DNA of 64,000 nt from the sequence record OR083247.1; one strand, given 5' to 3'. Positions 42,947 to 54,214 of the stretch are shown in pieces. The notes beneath the pieces are model-generated. The model did not search any database and was not told where the DNA came from. It saw only the letters and a program-made list of their open reading frames with translations. Positions within the stretch are counted from its first letter, which is position 1. The number at the start of each line of letters is the position of its first letter. The DNA comes from Escherichia phage Bf23. Made by a program: the position numbers and the translations under genes.

Positions 42947-43429
42947 ATGGCTGTAGATAGTAGAGATAAAGGTAAACGTGGTGAATATCAGGTAAGAGAT
43001 ATTCTACGTGAGCGTACAGGTCTTGAGTGGGAACGTGTTCCTGGCTCTGGTGCTTTTGGCCAGAGCCACGGACTGAAAGGTGACATCTACCTTCCACCAC
43101 AAAGTGGACACATTAGTAAATACTGCTTCGAAGTTAAGTGGTATAAAGATGATAATATATCAAGTAATTTATTTAATGTTGGTGAATCCACTCTAGAGAA
43201 GTGGTGGCAGCAGTGCTCACGTGAAGGTGAGCAGATGAACTCCAAACCTGCATTAATATTCAAAAAAGACAGAGGACAGTGGTTAATAGCTTTGGATAGC
43301 TCAGACCCGATGGTTGACAACTTAATGAGTCGTACCCATATGGTGTTAAATAAGAAAGGCATGGAAATCGTAATCGGTTTATTTGAGCCGTGGCTACATA
43401 ATGCATCTGTTGAGGACTTAATTAAATAA
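42947..43429 (+). CDS. hypothetical protein (D14-position, 160 aa), possibly nuclease-like
   Basis: ORF between the SbcC-like gene and the flap endonuclease. Confidence 0.5.
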   Translation: MAVDSRDKGKRGEYQVRDILRERTGLEWERVPGSGAFGQSHGLKGDIYLPPQSGHISKYCFEVKWYKDDNISSNLFNVGESTLEKWWQQCSREGEQMNSKPALIFKKDRGQWLIALDSSDPMVDNLMSRTHMVLNKKGMEIVIGLFEPWLHNASVEDLIK

Positions 43430-44304
43430 TGAGTAAATCCTGGGGAAAATTTATTGAAGAAGAGGAAGCTGAAATGGCTTCCCGTCGTAACCTAATGATT
43501 GTCGATGGAACTAACTTAGGCTTTCGCTTCAAACATAACAACAGTAAAAAACCATTTGCCTCAAGTTATGTTTCCACTATCCAGTCTCTAGCAAAATCTT
43601 ATTCTGCTAGAACTACAATAGTTTTAGGGGATAAAGGGAAGTCTGCATTCCGCTTAGAGCATCTTCCTGAGTATAAGGGGAATCGAGATGAGAAATACTC
43701 GCAGCGTACGGAAGAGGAGAAAGCACTAGATGAGCAGTTCTTCGAGTATTTGAGAGATGCTTTCGAATTATGTGAAACTACATTCCCAACTTTCACTATT
43801 CGTGGTGTAGAAGCAGATGATATGGCGGCTTATATTGTTAAACTCATTGGGCATCTATATGATCATGTTTGGTTAATCTCTACAGACGGTGACTGGGATA
43901 CTTTACTAACAGATAAAGTTTCTCGTTTTTCTTTCACAACACGTCGTGAATATCATCTTCGTGATATGTATGAGCATCATAATGTTGACAATGTAGAGCA
44001 GTTTATCTCTCTAAAAGCAATTATGGGGGATCTAGGAGATAATATTCGTGGTGTTGAAGGTATTGGGGCAAAACGCGGATATAATATTATTCGTGAGTTT
44101 GGCAACGTACTGGATATTATTGATCAGCTCCCACTACCTGGAAAACAGAAATATATACAGAATTTAAATGCTTCGGAAGAATTGCTTTACCGAAACCTAA
44201 TTCTGGTTGATTTACCTACCTACTGTGTGGATGCTATTGCTGCTGTAGGTCAAGACGTATTAGATAAGTTTACAAAAGATATTTTGGAGATTGCAGGACA
44301 ATGA
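43429..44304 (+). CDS. D15: flap endonuclease / 5'-3' exonuclease (291 aa)
   Basis: Sequence MSKSWGKFIEEEEAEMASRRNLMIVDGTNLGFRFKH... matches the T5 D15 5'-exonuclease as I recall it. Confidence 0.9.
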   Translation: MSKSWGKFIEEEEAEMASRRNLMIVDGTNLGFRFKHNNSKKPFASSYVSTIQSLAKSYSARTTIVLGDKGKSAFRLEHLPEYKGNRDEKYSQRTEEEKALDEQFFEYLRDAFELCETTFPTFTIRGVEADDMAAYIVKLIGHLYDHVWLISTDGDWDTLLTDKVSRFSFTTRREYHLRDMYEHHNVDNVEQFISLKAIMGDLGDNIRGVEGIGAKRGYNIIREFGNVLDIIDQLPLPGKQKYIQNLNASEELLYRNLILVDLPTYCVDAIAAVGQDVLDKFTKDILEIAGQ

Positions 44305-44747
44305 TTAAAATTAAATTAACTCATCCAGATTGTATGCCTAAGATTGGTTCCGAAGATGCCGCAGGTATGGATCTGCGGGCATTCTTTGGTACTAACCCTG
44401 CAGCGGATTTACGTGCTATTGCACCAGGCAAATCCCTAATGATTGACACCGGTGTTGCGGTAGAAATTCCGCGAGGTTGGTTCGGTTTAGTGGTTCCGCG
44501 TAGTTCTTTAGGAAAGCGCCATTTGATGATCGCAAACACCGCAGGAGTGATCGACTCAGACTATCGTGGAACTATTAAGATGAACCTGTTCAACTACGGT
44601 TCTGAAATTCAAACTCTGGAGAATTTCGAGAGACTTTGTCAACTAGTGGTACTACCACATTACTCAACCCATAATTTTAAAATCGTTGACGAACTAGAGG
44701 AGACTATTCGTGGAGAAGGTGGATTTGGAAGCTCAGGAAGCAAGTAA
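44301..44747 (+). CDS. dut: dUTPase
   Basis: Motifs AGMDLRA, G..D.DYRG, RGEGGFGSSG. Confidence 0.85.
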   Translation: MIKIKLTHPDCMPKIGSEDAAGMDLRAFFGTNPAADLRAIAPGKSLMIDTGVAVEIPRGWFGLVVPRSSLGKRHLMIANTAGVIDSDYRGTIKMNLFNYGSEIQTLENFERLCQLVVLPHYSTHNFKIVDELEETIRGEGGFGSSGSK

Positions 44748-44973
44748 TTTTGTTGATCCTAGTATGATAGGTATTGATACTAATATGTCAACTTATCGAA
44801 CTAAAACTACAGAACCAGAAACATTTGTACTAAAAACAGACAAAGAAGGTAATGTTACTTTCTGGGATCCTGAAGGTTTTGTAGAGCTTTGTAATAATAC
44901 AGATAATGAGCAGTTAAAATTACTACTAACTATTTATAATCTTGGTATTATAGAAGGTTGTAGAAGCAAATAA
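44710..44973 (+). CDS. hypothetical protein (at most 87 aa; true start possibly the internal ATG near 44764)
   Basis: ORF overlapping the dut 3' end. Confidence 0.3.
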   Translation: MEKVDLEAQEASNFVDPSMIGIDTNMSTYRTKTTEPETFVLKTDKEGNVTFWDPEGFVELCNNTDNEQLKLLLTIYNLGIIEGCRSK

Positions 44974-44978
44974 TAGAA

Positions 44979-45016
44979 AAACCCCAGTGGACAAAATCCA
45001 CTGGGGTTTCTTTTTA
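44979..45016. terminator. bidirectional rho-independent terminator between convergent early and late units
   Basis: Hairpin AAACCCCAGTGGA..TCCACTGGGGTTT flanked by A- and T-runs. Confidence 0.7.
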
Positions 45017-45019
45017 TAT

Positions 45020-48000
45020 TTAACTATTTTTCATAGTAGTCAACAAGTGCTCTACTACAGTTTTCAAATCTTCCACATCTTTCTCAAGTTTATTAATACG
45101 TTCGGTTTTCTCCTCATCCCGTTGTGCTAATACTTTTATAGCACATAGCGCGTCTAGTAAAAGAACGTTATTATCTAGAACGATCCTTTCCTTCGTATCA
45201 GTATACCCTTGAACAACCCCATCATCATCAACAATGGGTTCCCCACATGGTTCATATGTGTGCTTGACGTATGTAGGATCTATCTCCTCAATCTGTTGAG
45301 CAATGACCCCTCTGCGAGTACGTTTTTTCTCATCATCCTTAAATACAAAAGTAACAAGATCCATAGCCTTAATATTTTCTATGGAACGAATACCATCATA
45401 TTCTTCTATGTTAGTCTTGTAGTTAATGTCAGATGTTCCACTTAATGCAAGTGTACCCGCCGCTGTAGGAAAGTTAATGATCCATTGTCCAGTATTGTTA
45501 GCATTATTACGACGTGCTACATATAATGCACCATCGGGAGATACTTCAAATAAGTTACGTGTACCAACTGTCGCATCACCTTTAGCAGTAGTAGTAATAG
45601 CAATGCCACTATATCTTGTAGTAGTTACATCTACAGAACCTTTAGACGTCCATCCCTGCTCAAACCTAGTATTTAGAGTAAAGTAAGAACTTACCCCCAA
45701 TTTAAGCTCGTTCTGAGTACGACTATAGTTGAATAGTTCAGCTCCAGCAGTGCTATCTCTATTAAGTCTAAACCCACCACCATCTGCTACAAACATGTAA
45801 GTAGAGTTATCTGCGTCAGACTCCACAAATGATAGCGTTGGATTACCAGACTTAAGAGTAAGCGGATTGGCAGCACTACATAGAATATCTCCAAGAAAAG
45901 TATTACTTCCTGTGAATCTATTATCCAGCTCTAGCATCGCAGCACTTTTCCAAGGAACATCCGTTTTTGAGGTTGTAGGCTGATTAGTTGTTAGAAATCT
46001 GCTGTAGAGTCTTCCAGCACCATCAATCCAGCTCTGCATAATGCGGTTTTCAGCATAACTAGACTGAAAACCACCACCGTTGCTAGGTGCCCAGGAAGGG
46101 TCCCCCGCGTTATCACTGATGAAACCATCTCGTGCATCCGTAGGAATTTTAGGGGCTAATGTAGCAGTAATAAGTTTTAACCATTCACCTACAGTACCCC
46201 CTTCAATACTTCTAGCAAAGAATTTTGAGTTACGTCCGGCAAATTGGGTTGCGTATGTGCCGCTAAATCCAACATGAAAACCACCATAAGTTATGCTGCT
46301 TTCAGGTGTGTTAAGATTCCCGGCAATAGCTTTAAATTTGTTTACGCCGTCTGACTGCTGAGCGTTCCAGTCCTGGTCTGAATACGTTCCCAATCCGTTT
46401 GGTGGCTGTATAATTCCGTTTGCTTGTACAACCTGGTAAGAGTCACCATACTTATTGCGGTATGTATCGCTGCAATAAAATCCTGTTGCACCCGATGTAA
46501 AATCAAGTAAATTTCCGTATATACCTAGACCACCGTCAATGCCGTCACTTGCATCTGAGATACCCCATTTATAAACAGGAGCATCACTTGCAGTTGCTGG
46601 CGACCAATCTGCTGTAGGAATGGTGATAGTAGATCCTACTGTTGCAGCAAGTCTAATTGGGAAAGCGTCACCGCGAACATAGATCGCGTTATGTGGATAG
46701 TATGCCTTGTCAGTACCACGCACGCAAAGTATAGCTACCTCACCAGAATCATAGCAATGGTAGTGCCCAAAAGCTCCCTGACCCATATCAGACCAACCAG
46801 CATCACGAATCCACATATGTATCATGTTACAGTTTGGCTCCTGTGATCCACTAAGAGATCGTGTACGCATTGATACTTCTACAAATGCATCGCCATTCCA
46901 TCCTGCCGGATGACTAATAATTACTGGGTAATACTTTTTAGCTTCAGCTCCTGCGGGGGCATTATAGTCATACCAACGAGATAATCCAGTATTAGGAATT
47001 AATAGACTATCTTTTGTTTGTTGCAATTTTGCTTTGGGAACGGATAGAAGAGCAGCCTGTACATTTGGTAAATCAATCTGGTCATTTTTATAGCTATAAC
47101 CTATTACGTATTCACCATTATACCCGTCTCCATCTTTTTGTATACGCCAGTTACCACCATCAAAAATGAAGTTGTAGTAAGGGGCATTAGCTGGGCGATC
47201 AGTTTCATTGAATTGGATCGTAGGATGCTGGCTTGTCAGAGTTAGTGGGTTACTTACATTAGATCTTAATTCAGCACTAGAACCAATAAATTTTCCATTA
47301 GTGGCTACGTTGCCATCTTCGTCCATTCCAAGATACTGATTTTTATCGCCAGTTTGTAGATGCAAGGTAGCCCATCCGCGGTTATCTCCTCGAAATTCTG
47401 GGTATAAGCGAAGCCTCGTTCTTTGTGTACCGGCACCATTATTTAGAATGCACTGTAATATACCACCAGCCACCTGATTTGCATCGGAAGATCTTACAAG
47501 ATTAAGAGCGTAGAATTGTGGAGTACTTGTCCAATCATATGACTGAAAAATCTTCCACTCGGTCCACTCCCAGCCAGTTGTCGAGGATTGCTTGATATAT
47601 TGGCGCATATAGAACGAACCATTAATGGAGTTGTAAGGAAAGTATAGCTGAGTACCTCCTTGCGGGCCATTAGCGTTATTCTGCATTACAAGAAGTGCAC
47701 CAGCACTAGTTACAGGGAAGTGGTTCGCCGACGTAGCACCAGCATTGGCACCTTGATGATAAAAACCTGCCCTAGTACCATCAAGCGTGTTAAGATCAGT
47801 ACCATTAAGATCTGCTTTTTGGTCTCTCATTGCATTAAGATTGGTTAACGCAGAATTATAGTCACGTGCACCAGTACCACCCTGCTCTATTGCTAATGGC
47901 TTCCAATTTTGATCAGCTGGACTGTAATATCCCCATCTTCCACTAGCATCAAGCTGTAAATAACACCCTGTACTTTTATCGTCAGATGAAAATATAACTG

Positions 48001-48817
48001 TTCTTTCGCTGGAGCTATGACTGAATCTCGAAACCTCATCTTTACGTGCATGACGTGTCCACTGTGGGCCTAGATTGCTTGCCCAACGATAGGTGTATAA
48101 TGAGCGACTACTCCATCCCTGAAAAATACCAGTATAAGAAGGAGAGCCATCATTAATAGATATAAAACCTGTTAAGTAGGCTTCTCCCGATGCAATAGAA
48201 GGCCACCCAGGCACACCCTCACGAATACGCATAAAACCAATATACGCAGAAGGATTACCGGAAATATCCGGGCAATCACGAACTGAATTACCAAGGCCTA
48301 TAGAAGCTTTCATACCAGAAGCTACATTTTCAGCTTTAGTAGCAGATGCCGCCGCATTAGTTTCTGAGGTCTTAGCATTGGTTTCTGATGCTTTAGCAGC
48401 ATTAGCACTGTTAGCAGCAGCAGTTTTACTATTATTAGCATTAGTTTCTGAAGTTTTAGCAGCCGTCTCACTAGCTTTTGCGTTAGTCTCAGAAGTCTTA
48501 GCAGCTTTAGCACTATTAGCAGAAGCAGTAGCAGAAGAAGCAGACTGAGTTGCAGACTGCTGGGAAGATGCCGCAGAAATTTCTGCTTCATTCTCAGAAT
48601 CTTTGGCATTTAGCTCTGACTGTTTTGCATTAATTTCAGATTGTTTAGCTGCTGCTGCAGAAGTCTTAGAGGATTCTATTGCAGTAGTTAGCTCACCAGC
48701 AGTGATAGAACTAATAGAATTAGAAAGCACAACTGTATACTTAGGATATTTACTTGCAGTTATACTATTCTGGTCCATAGTGACCATTTGCTGTAGAATT
48801 ATTTTAGTTATAGCCAT
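45020..48817 (-). CDS. ltf: L-shaped tail fibre protein (pb1-like, 1265 aa) with C-terminal intramolecular chaperone domain
   Basis: N-terminal Ala/Ser/Thr-rich repeats, long beta-rich shaft, C-terminal chaperone-like segment (DINYKTNIEEYDG..GVIAQQIEEIDPTYV). Confidence 0.8.
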   Translation of the reverse strand: MAITKIILQQMVTMDQNSITASKYPKYTVVLSNSISSITAGELTTAIESSKTSAAAAKQSEINAKQSELNAKDSENEAEISAASSQQSATQSASSATASANSAKAAKTSETNAKASETAAKTSETNANNSKTAAANSANAAKASETNAKTSETNAAASATKAENVASGMKASIGLGNSVRDCPDISGNPSAYIGFMRIREGVPGWPSIASGEAYLTGFISINDGSPSYTGIFQGWSSRSLYTYRWASNLGPQWTRHARKDEVSRFSHSSSERTVIFSSDDKSTGCYLQLDASGRWGYYSPADQNWKPLAIEQGGTGARDYNSALTNLNAMRDQKADLNGTDLNTLDGTRAGFYHQGANAGATSANHFPVTSAGALLVMQNNANGPQGGTQLYFPYNSINGSFYMRQYIKQSSTTGWEWTEWKIFQSYDWTSTPQFYALNLVRSSDANQVAGGILQCILNNGAGTQRTRLRLYPEFRGDNRGWATLHLQTGDKNQYLGMDEDGNVATNGKFIGSSAELRSNVSNPLTLTSQHPTIQFNETDRPANAPYYNFIFDGGNWRIQKDGDGYNGEYVIGYSYKNDQIDLPNVQAALLSVPKAKLQQTKDSLLIPNTGLSRWYDYNAPAGAEAKKYYPVIISHPAGWNGDAFVEVSMRTRSLSGSQEPNCNMIHMWIRDAGWSDMGQGAFGHYHCYDSGEVAILCVRGTDKAYYPHNAIYVRGDAFPIRLAATVGSTITIPTADWSPATASDAPVYKWGISDASDGIDGGLGIYGNLLDFTSGATGFYCSDTYRNKYGDSYQVVQANGIIQPPNGLGTYSDQDWNAQQSDGVNKFKAIAGNLNTPESSITYGGFHVGFSGTYATQFAGRNSKFFARSIEGGTVGEWLKLITATLAPKIPTDARDGFISDNAGDPSWAPSNGGGFQSSYAENRIMQSWIDGAGRLYSRFLTTNQPTTSKTDVPWKSAAMLELDNRFTGSNTFLGDILCSAANPLTLKSGNPTLSFVESDADNSTYMFVADGGGFRLNRDSTAGAELFNYSRTQNELKLGVSSYFTLNTRFEQGWTSKGSVDVTTTRYSGIAITTTAKGDATVGTRNLFEVSPDGALYVARRNNANNTGQWIINFPTAAGTLALSGTSDINYKTNIEEYDGIRSIENIKAMDLVTFVFKDDEKKRTRRGVIAQQIEEIDPTYVKHTYEPCGEPIVDDDGVVQGYTDTKERIVLDNNVLLLDALCAIKVLAQRDEEKTERINKLEKDVEDLKTVVEHLLTTMKNS
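48300..48720 (-). repeat. in-frame coding repeats within the ltf N-terminal region
   Basis: Repeated AK(T/A)SETNA peptide units from repeated GCAGCAGAAGCAGTAGC-type DNA. Confidence 0.6.
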
Positions 48818-49239
48818 TATTGAGTTACTCCATCACTAATATAAACCTTGCCTTCCATAATACGGAAAGAACTAGCAGCACTACCAACAGCTGTTCTAGT
48901 AATAATTACATCATAGTATCCAGCCAATCTCTGTCTAGGGTTATATCTATCTCTTTCTTTGGATGCTTTGGAAGCAATAGTAGTTACAGCACTAACAGGT
49001 AGACTTATAGAGGCTACTCCTTGTGCAGCATCAACAATAGATGTAGTAAAAGATGCTAAAGTTTCAGCCCCGTCTTCTAAGCTACTTTTAATACTTCCTC
49101 TAAGAGAAAAGCCAGTAAGATCTACCGGCTTAGATGTAGCAGGATAAACACTATCATCTACATCCATAAATTGCATAAGTAAACCATAAGGTACGTTCTC
49201 ATCTACTACTAAATCAATAACTCTATTTTCTGTACTCAT
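48817..49239 (-). CDS. tail collar protein (p132-like, 140 aa)
   Basis: Size and position between ltf and pb4. Confidence 0.5.
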   Translation of the reverse strand: MSTENRVIDLVVDENVPYGLLMQFMDVDDSVYPATSKPVDLTGFSLRGSIKSSLEDGAETLASFTTSIVDAAQGVASISLPVSAVTTIASKASKERDRYNPRQRLAGYYDVIITRTAVGSAASSFRIMEGKVYISDGVTQ

Positions 49240-49243
49240 TATT

Positions 49244-51364
49244 TTACCTTATATGGATATACCCGTTTTGCAGGTCTATCTTCATTTTGTAAGATCCCTC
49301 TGGATTAGAGGATAGTGCTGCTGCACGATCATATATAATATTTACACCAATTTGTGATAAGAAAGCATTGTTAGCAACAATTTTACTGGCAGTTACCGTA
49401 CCATTAACTATCATATCTCCATGTAAAACCATTGCAGGGCTAGTCCATGCTGAACCATTCCACTGCCTAGTAAACGCTGTTCCTGGTGCCCCACTTTTAT
49501 ACTCAGTTAATACATCATATTTAACAGGACCAGTACCAAAGTTAGATGTAAAAAACGCATTAGCCTGAGAATCGTTCCATGCCGTTAAATTAGCAATAGC
49601 AAGAGAGTACATTCCAGGACCACGTTGTCCATTATCACCTGGTCGTCCATCTGCTCCTGGTTTACCATCAGCTCCTGGTTTACCATCCGCTCCGGGTCTA
49701 CCATCAACACCTTCTGTACCACTCCATTGAACTACGTCTGACCAGCTAGTTCCAGATACTAATTGATTAGTAACAGGATCTAAAGTACCTGTAGAACAGT
49801 AAATATTTTGAGTATTAGATGTTCTATTGGGTGGAGTTTTTGACCAGCCTGAAGGCGGATATGCAGGGCTTGTAGGCTTAGCAGGTAGTGAGGTTCCTAG
49901 AGTATAGATAAATACTGTTTGCTTACCTTGTATACCTGTTGCTATATCGATGTCACCGTTAGGTGTACCAATTACAACCCCACTAGAGATTCTTAATGTA
50001 TCACCGTCATAACGAATGTACTGGGTAGCATTGCCAATATCCAGTTTTGGTTTAGCAGTAGCATTATCCATACCCATCCAGATACCAGATCTTGTATCAC
50101 CCCAAGTTTTGCCTTGAGTATAAATTGCTGGGTTATCTTGACCGGTTAAATTAGTCATGACAAAGTTAGCAGCGTTAATAGTTTTAGTTATTACACTTCC
50201 ATCAACGTTAACTATCTTTTTAATAGGGTCAAAGGATATTGGAGCTTTTCCTTCCGCATCTAGAAGACCTATATTAATAGCACCAGTAGCAGCATCTATC
50301 AGGAAAGTTTGTTTCCAAGTAGAACCATCTTTGATCTTACCTTTAATATACGCGTAGTTTACCTCAATACCAGTTTCATTTACAAAACTATTATCTAGTG
50401 GAGTATCCTCCTTTAGTATAAAAGTTTGTACAGCAGAGTCGGTAATATCCTGCTTACTTGGCCCCCAGGCAATAGACGACACTTTAAATTTATGCTCTAC
50501 TTTCCACGGGAATGATATAATTGTTGCTGATTGGGCAGCACCCACGTTAATTTTTTGTGCTTTAGTCCATCCAGTTCTTGCAAACTCTGCTGAATCTATA
50601 TAGGATAGAACAAACTCACGAACATTAGCCCCTGCACCTCTATTCCAATCCCACTGAACACGCAAATCATAGCGTTCTTTACCGTCGGCTATACGTGCTG
50701 CTTTAAACTCAATATTAGTAGGTGCGGTAGGAGGAACAAAATTATAGTTAACTTCAAAGACAGTAGGATACTCATAGTATCCAGATGAATCAATAGTAAC
50801 ACCGTCTGGTAGGCTTATTTGACCAGAAATTCTTACTTTATAGAATCCGATTGGCACGCCCCCAAACATAATAGTTGGCATTAGTGCACCAACGTAATAT
50901 TTAACCCACGGATTATTAGCATTAGAATTGTTTTTTAACTCTATAGTACAATAATCAGCTTCTCCAGTAGTATCGATAAAAACTATGGGTGCTCCAACAC
51001 CAACATCTACTGGTTCTGACTCACATCGAGCGCCAGTGATTCTGGGTGCTGATTTCATTTTAAGAGTTTGTTTGTCAGATAAATTAATACCTATCTGAGC
51101 ATTAAGTAGTTCAGAGTCTATTATAGAATCATAAAATGCACCCTGAACTTCATAAGTTGTTGTAGGTTTTAGGTTATTAATAGTTACAGAGAAGGTATCA
51201 ACTCCAGTAAAATCTCTACGAGTAACGTTGCTACCTTCTTTAAGCCAAAAAGATCTGCCTATAACGTCATAATCAGAATAGATAGAATGCTGGATATACG
51301 CCAACGTATATCCAGTTAAGACGCTATTTAGGACCATTTTAGCTGGTGCATTATTTGAAATCAT
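49244..51364 (-). CDS. baseplate/central fibre protein (pb4-like, 706 aa) with collagen-like G-X-Y stretch
   Basis: [30 protein letters not shown] segment; position in the tail module. Confidence 0.6.
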   Translation of the reverse strand: MISNNAPAKMVLNSVLTGYTLAYIQHSIYSDYDVIGRSFWLKEGSNVTRRDFTGVDTFSVTINNLKPTTTYEVQGAFYDSIIDSELLNAQIGINLSDKQTLKMKSAPRITGARCESEPVDVGVGAPIVFIDTTGEADYCTIELKNNSNANNPWVKYYVGALMPTIMFGGVPIGFYKVRISGQISLPDGVTIDSSGYYEYPTVFEVNYNFVPPTAPTNIEFKAARIADGKERYDLRVQWDWNRGAGANVREFVLSYIDSAEFARTGWTKAQKINVGAAQSATIISFPWKVEHKFKVSSIAWGPSKQDITDSAVQTFILKEDTPLDNSFVNETGIEVNYAYIKGKIKDGSTWKQTFLIDAATGAINIGLLDAEGKAPISFDPIKKIVNVDGSVITKTINAANFVMTNLTGQDNPAIYTQGKTWGDTRSGIWMGMDNATAKPKLDIGNATQYIRYDGDTLRISSGVVIGTPNGDIDIATGIQGKQTVFIYTLGTSLPAKPTSPAYPPSGWSKTPPNRTSNTQNIYCSTGTLDPVTNQLVSGTSWSDVVQWSGTEGVDGRPGADGKPGADGKPGADGRPGDNGQRGPGMYSLAIANLTAWNDSQANAFFTSNFGTGPVKYDVLTEYKSGAPGTAFTRQWNGSAWTSPAMVLHGDMIVNGTVTASKIVANNAFLSQIGVNIIYDRAAALSSNPEGSYKMKIDLQNGYIHIR
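49618..49712 (-). repeat. collagen-like Gly-X-Y repeat coding region inside the pb4-like gene
   Basis: Ten consecutive G-X-Y triplets in translation. Confidence 0.6.
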
Positions 51365-54214
51365 TTAAATAGTAGCCCAACCAACAGATTGCTCACCATT
51401 TTCCCCTTCTGCTCTAATCCTAAATCGTAGTTTACGATTAATTCCTAAAGCACCAGAGTTTAATAGTGCAAAATCCGCCTTATTATATGTTAATAGATAG
51501 TCATAAGTACAGGCATCCTCTATCCTAATACTACGAAGCATTCTATCCTGAGAATCATGTATTTCTAGAGTATAATAAATTTCTGGAATTATTTCTTCCT
51601 CAGGTATCTTATCCCAAGCAAGTTTCACGTCTGGTCCAACAAATTCAGTCACGTCTCCAGAAGCTGTATTAGTTACTCTAAAGTTACTAACTACACTTAA
51701 GTTTCTAGCAGAATTAAGATCCACGGAAAGAGTAACAGGAGAACTACGTCTACCATTAATATCAACGGCACGTAATTCAAAAATAGCTAAACCAGCAGGC
51801 TCACCTATAATCTCCTGAATCATCCTTTCATTAGGATTATTCTCTAATTGCTGAATTATGTAAGGATCTACATGACCTGAATGAGCTATAGAGTAATATA
51901 CTACGTTATTAGTAAAACTAGGTAGCCAAGATAGTTCCCCATTTTTACCTATAGCACCTATCGTACCACCAGGAGTTGGTGTATACTTAAAGTCTCTAGG
52001 AGGAAGAACATTATTACTAATATCTGGAATATCATTACCACTATTATCTACTTGATCAGAGTTGATAAATACATCTTCACCATACTCTTGTAGTGTTAAG
52101 TTAATCCTACCATCACGAGTATTTTCTACTTCATCTACTAGGAAGAACTTGTCTTTCCACCCATAACGCTCATAAGTAAACGCAATCGGATCATTTGGCT
52201 CTATACCAATGAATTTATAAGGTACTGAGAAGCTAAGCGTACGTGAGTATCTAGATTTTTTAAGCTCCCTATCTGCATAACTACGAGCAGTGTAGTAGTT
52301 AGTAATATTTGCAAAAGATAGCTGAAGTTTTTTATCCAAGCCCTTGTCTTGTTCTTTAAACTTAGAGTTATAGAATGTAATAGAGTTTGTTTTCCAACTT
52401 AGCGCAGGGTCTACTAGGGATGCTTGTACTGAGTTAAACTTATTTCTACCAGTAGTATCAGATAAGTCTAAGTCCCCATAAGTATCTAGAAAACTTATAT
52501 TCAAAGGAGTTGTAGAGTGCTTCTCTACAGTTATTCTATACTCACCAGATAAGTTATTTATAGCTCCTCCAAAAGAATCCAGTACTCCTTGAACATTTTT
52601 AAATACTGATTCGGAGGTATCTAATATAGTGTTTAACTGAACTACTTGGCGATGTTCAGAAATAGAATCACTCCAACCAACATATCTCCAATATGGTTGC
52701 CAGCTAATCTGATAAGATTCATCAATTATATCTAGAATTTTTGCTTCTGATATAATCTTTTGTAGGGGGAACTGATCTAGAGTTATATTAGCTCCATAAC
52801 GTTCAGAGGTTAGATAGTCCATAAGCTGCCAGATACCGTTAAGGCTAGTTTTATCAGCTTTAACAGACCCATCAGAACTATATACTTTGACTTTCTTACC
52901 TTGTACTTCAGCACTAATTTCTGGAATTTCAGTTCTATTCTCATTAATAGTAAATCTAACTACAGCGTAGGCTGTGTCTAAGAGCTTATAACGAGAATCC
53001 CAGTATTCAGGTCCATTGCCGTTTTGATTCTGTAAATAGAAACCTTTTCTTTTAGCAATATCCACTAATACTTGAGCTGCTGTCTGGTCTGGTTTGCCAT
53101 GAAAGGTCCATATTCTTATGTCACCATTACCATCATTATACTTATACTCCTGACCATGAACAGAAGGTTGAGAAGTACTTGTACCCGCAGCTAGTCTATG
53201 CATTGTATCACCCACTAGTTTCTTACGACCGAAGCAGGTTCTAGTATTGGAATCCGTTTCATCGAAACAGATCATTGGGCTGTCCCCAATATAGAAATCC
53301 AGGAATCCGTCTATTTCTCCTTCCGAAAAAGCATAGACTACATACACTATATTAGGGTTATTTAGCTCAGTATCTGCAAAAATAGGGATACCAGGAATTT
53401 TCTGAACCCCATATACAACAGGTATAAATTTAGCTGCTAAGTTAAAGTCCAGGTCCACTTCTTTAGTTACAGTCTCATAATACTTTTTAAGACTGTAACT
53501 TCTTGATAGACCAAAGAGCTTCTTCTTGGACTGAAGTTTATAGCGTTCTTCTTTTACTTGATACTTAGCTAAGATAGTGGTACTTTTATTAGAGTGGAAG
53601 AATCCATAGTCTTCTTGATATTCAGGACGTTTAGCACCATTAGAAGGTTGTAATTGTCCATTAACAACTTCAAGTCCTCGGTGGGAAGCATCATCGGTAT
53701 AACGACCATTCACCCTATCAAAGTCATAGAACTGGTTGGAACAGTTCCATGTGATAACAGAAGTTCCTATTCCTGAAGTAGTAACATTATCTTTTATTCC
53801 GCCTCCGGTAATTCTACCACGGAAGAATAATAAAGGGCCGTCTGTACTAGGATCTACTGGAAGAATATTTCCTTCTTCATCAATTATCGCTTGATGTATA
53901 GTAATAGTTCTATCTAAGAAAGATACCCCATTTTGAACTAGTTTTAATACTTCATCTTCTGCTGTACCAGTTATAGTGAAAGATAAACTACCAATAGATA
54001 ATTGACGGTTCTGCTTATGGGAGCTTATACTTTTTACTTTACCTGATCTATATAAGATTCCGCTATAAGTAACATCTCTAAAATAGTCTGTCAGGTAGAT
54101 ATAAGTAGCTGCGGAACCAGATGAACTAGGAAGCTCTAAAGCTATAAGACAAGCTGTTTTTAGCTTGTCATGAGTATTAAGATATGTTTTAGCACTATCG
54201 AGTATCTGCTTCAT
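51365..54214 (-). CDS. baseplate hub protein (pb3-like, 949 aa)
   Basis: Size and position immediately upstream of pb4. Confidence 0.65.
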   Translation of the reverse strand: MKQILDSAKTYLNTHDKLKTACLIALELPSSSGSAATYIYLTDYFRDVTYSGILYRSGKVKSISSHKQNRQLSIGSLSFTITGTAEDEVLKLVQNGVSFLDRTITIHQAIIDEEGNILPVDPSTDGPLLFFRGRITGGGIKDNVTTSGIGTSVITWNCSNQFYDFDRVNGRYTDDASHRGLEVVNGQLQPSNGAKRPEYQEDYGFFHSNKSTTILAKYQVKEERYKLQSKKKLFGLSRSYSLKKYYETVTKEVDLDFNLAAKFIPVVYGVQKIPGIPIFADTELNNPNIVYVVYAFSEGEIDGFLDFYIGDSPMICFDETDSNTRTCFGRKKLVGDTMHRLAAGTSTSQPSVHGQEYKYNDGNGDIRIWTFHGKPDQTAAQVLVDIAKRKGFYLQNQNGNGPEYWDSRYKLLDTAYAVVRFTINENRTEIPEISAEVQGKKVKVYSSDGSVKADKTSLNGIWQLMDYLTSERYGANITLDQFPLQKIISEAKILDIIDESYQISWQPYWRYVGWSDSISEHRQVVQLNTILDTSESVFKNVQGVLDSFGGAINNLSGEYRITVEKHSTTPLNISFLDTYGDLDLSDTTGRNKFNSVQASLVDPALSWKTNSITFYNSKFKEQDKGLDKKLQLSFANITNYYTARSYADRELKKSRYSRTLSFSVPYKFIGIEPNDPIAFTYERYGWKDKFFLVDEVENTRDGRINLTLQEYGEDVFINSDQVDNSGNDIPDISNNVLPPRDFKYTPTPGGTIGAIGKNGELSWLPSFTNNVVYYSIAHSGHVDPYIIQQLENNPNERMIQEIIGEPAGLAIFELRAVDINGRRSSPVTLSVDLNSARNLSVVSNFRVTNTASGDVTEFVGPDVKLAWDKIPEEEIIPEIYYTLEIHDSQDRMLRSIRIEDACTYDYLLTYNKADFALLNSGALGINRKLRFRIRAEGENGEQSVGWATI

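Noticed and set aside
48322-48609. 95-aa Leu/Lys-rich ORF in an alternative frame of the tail-fibre repeat region
   Set aside because: It is an alternative-frame reading of the repetitive GCAGC-rich ltf repeat DNA and has no independent start signals.
48300-48720. Possible CRISPR-like repeat array
   Set aside because: The repeats are in-frame coding repeats inside the tail-fibre gene, with no fixed-length spacers or repeat palindromy. No CRISPR array is present in the window.
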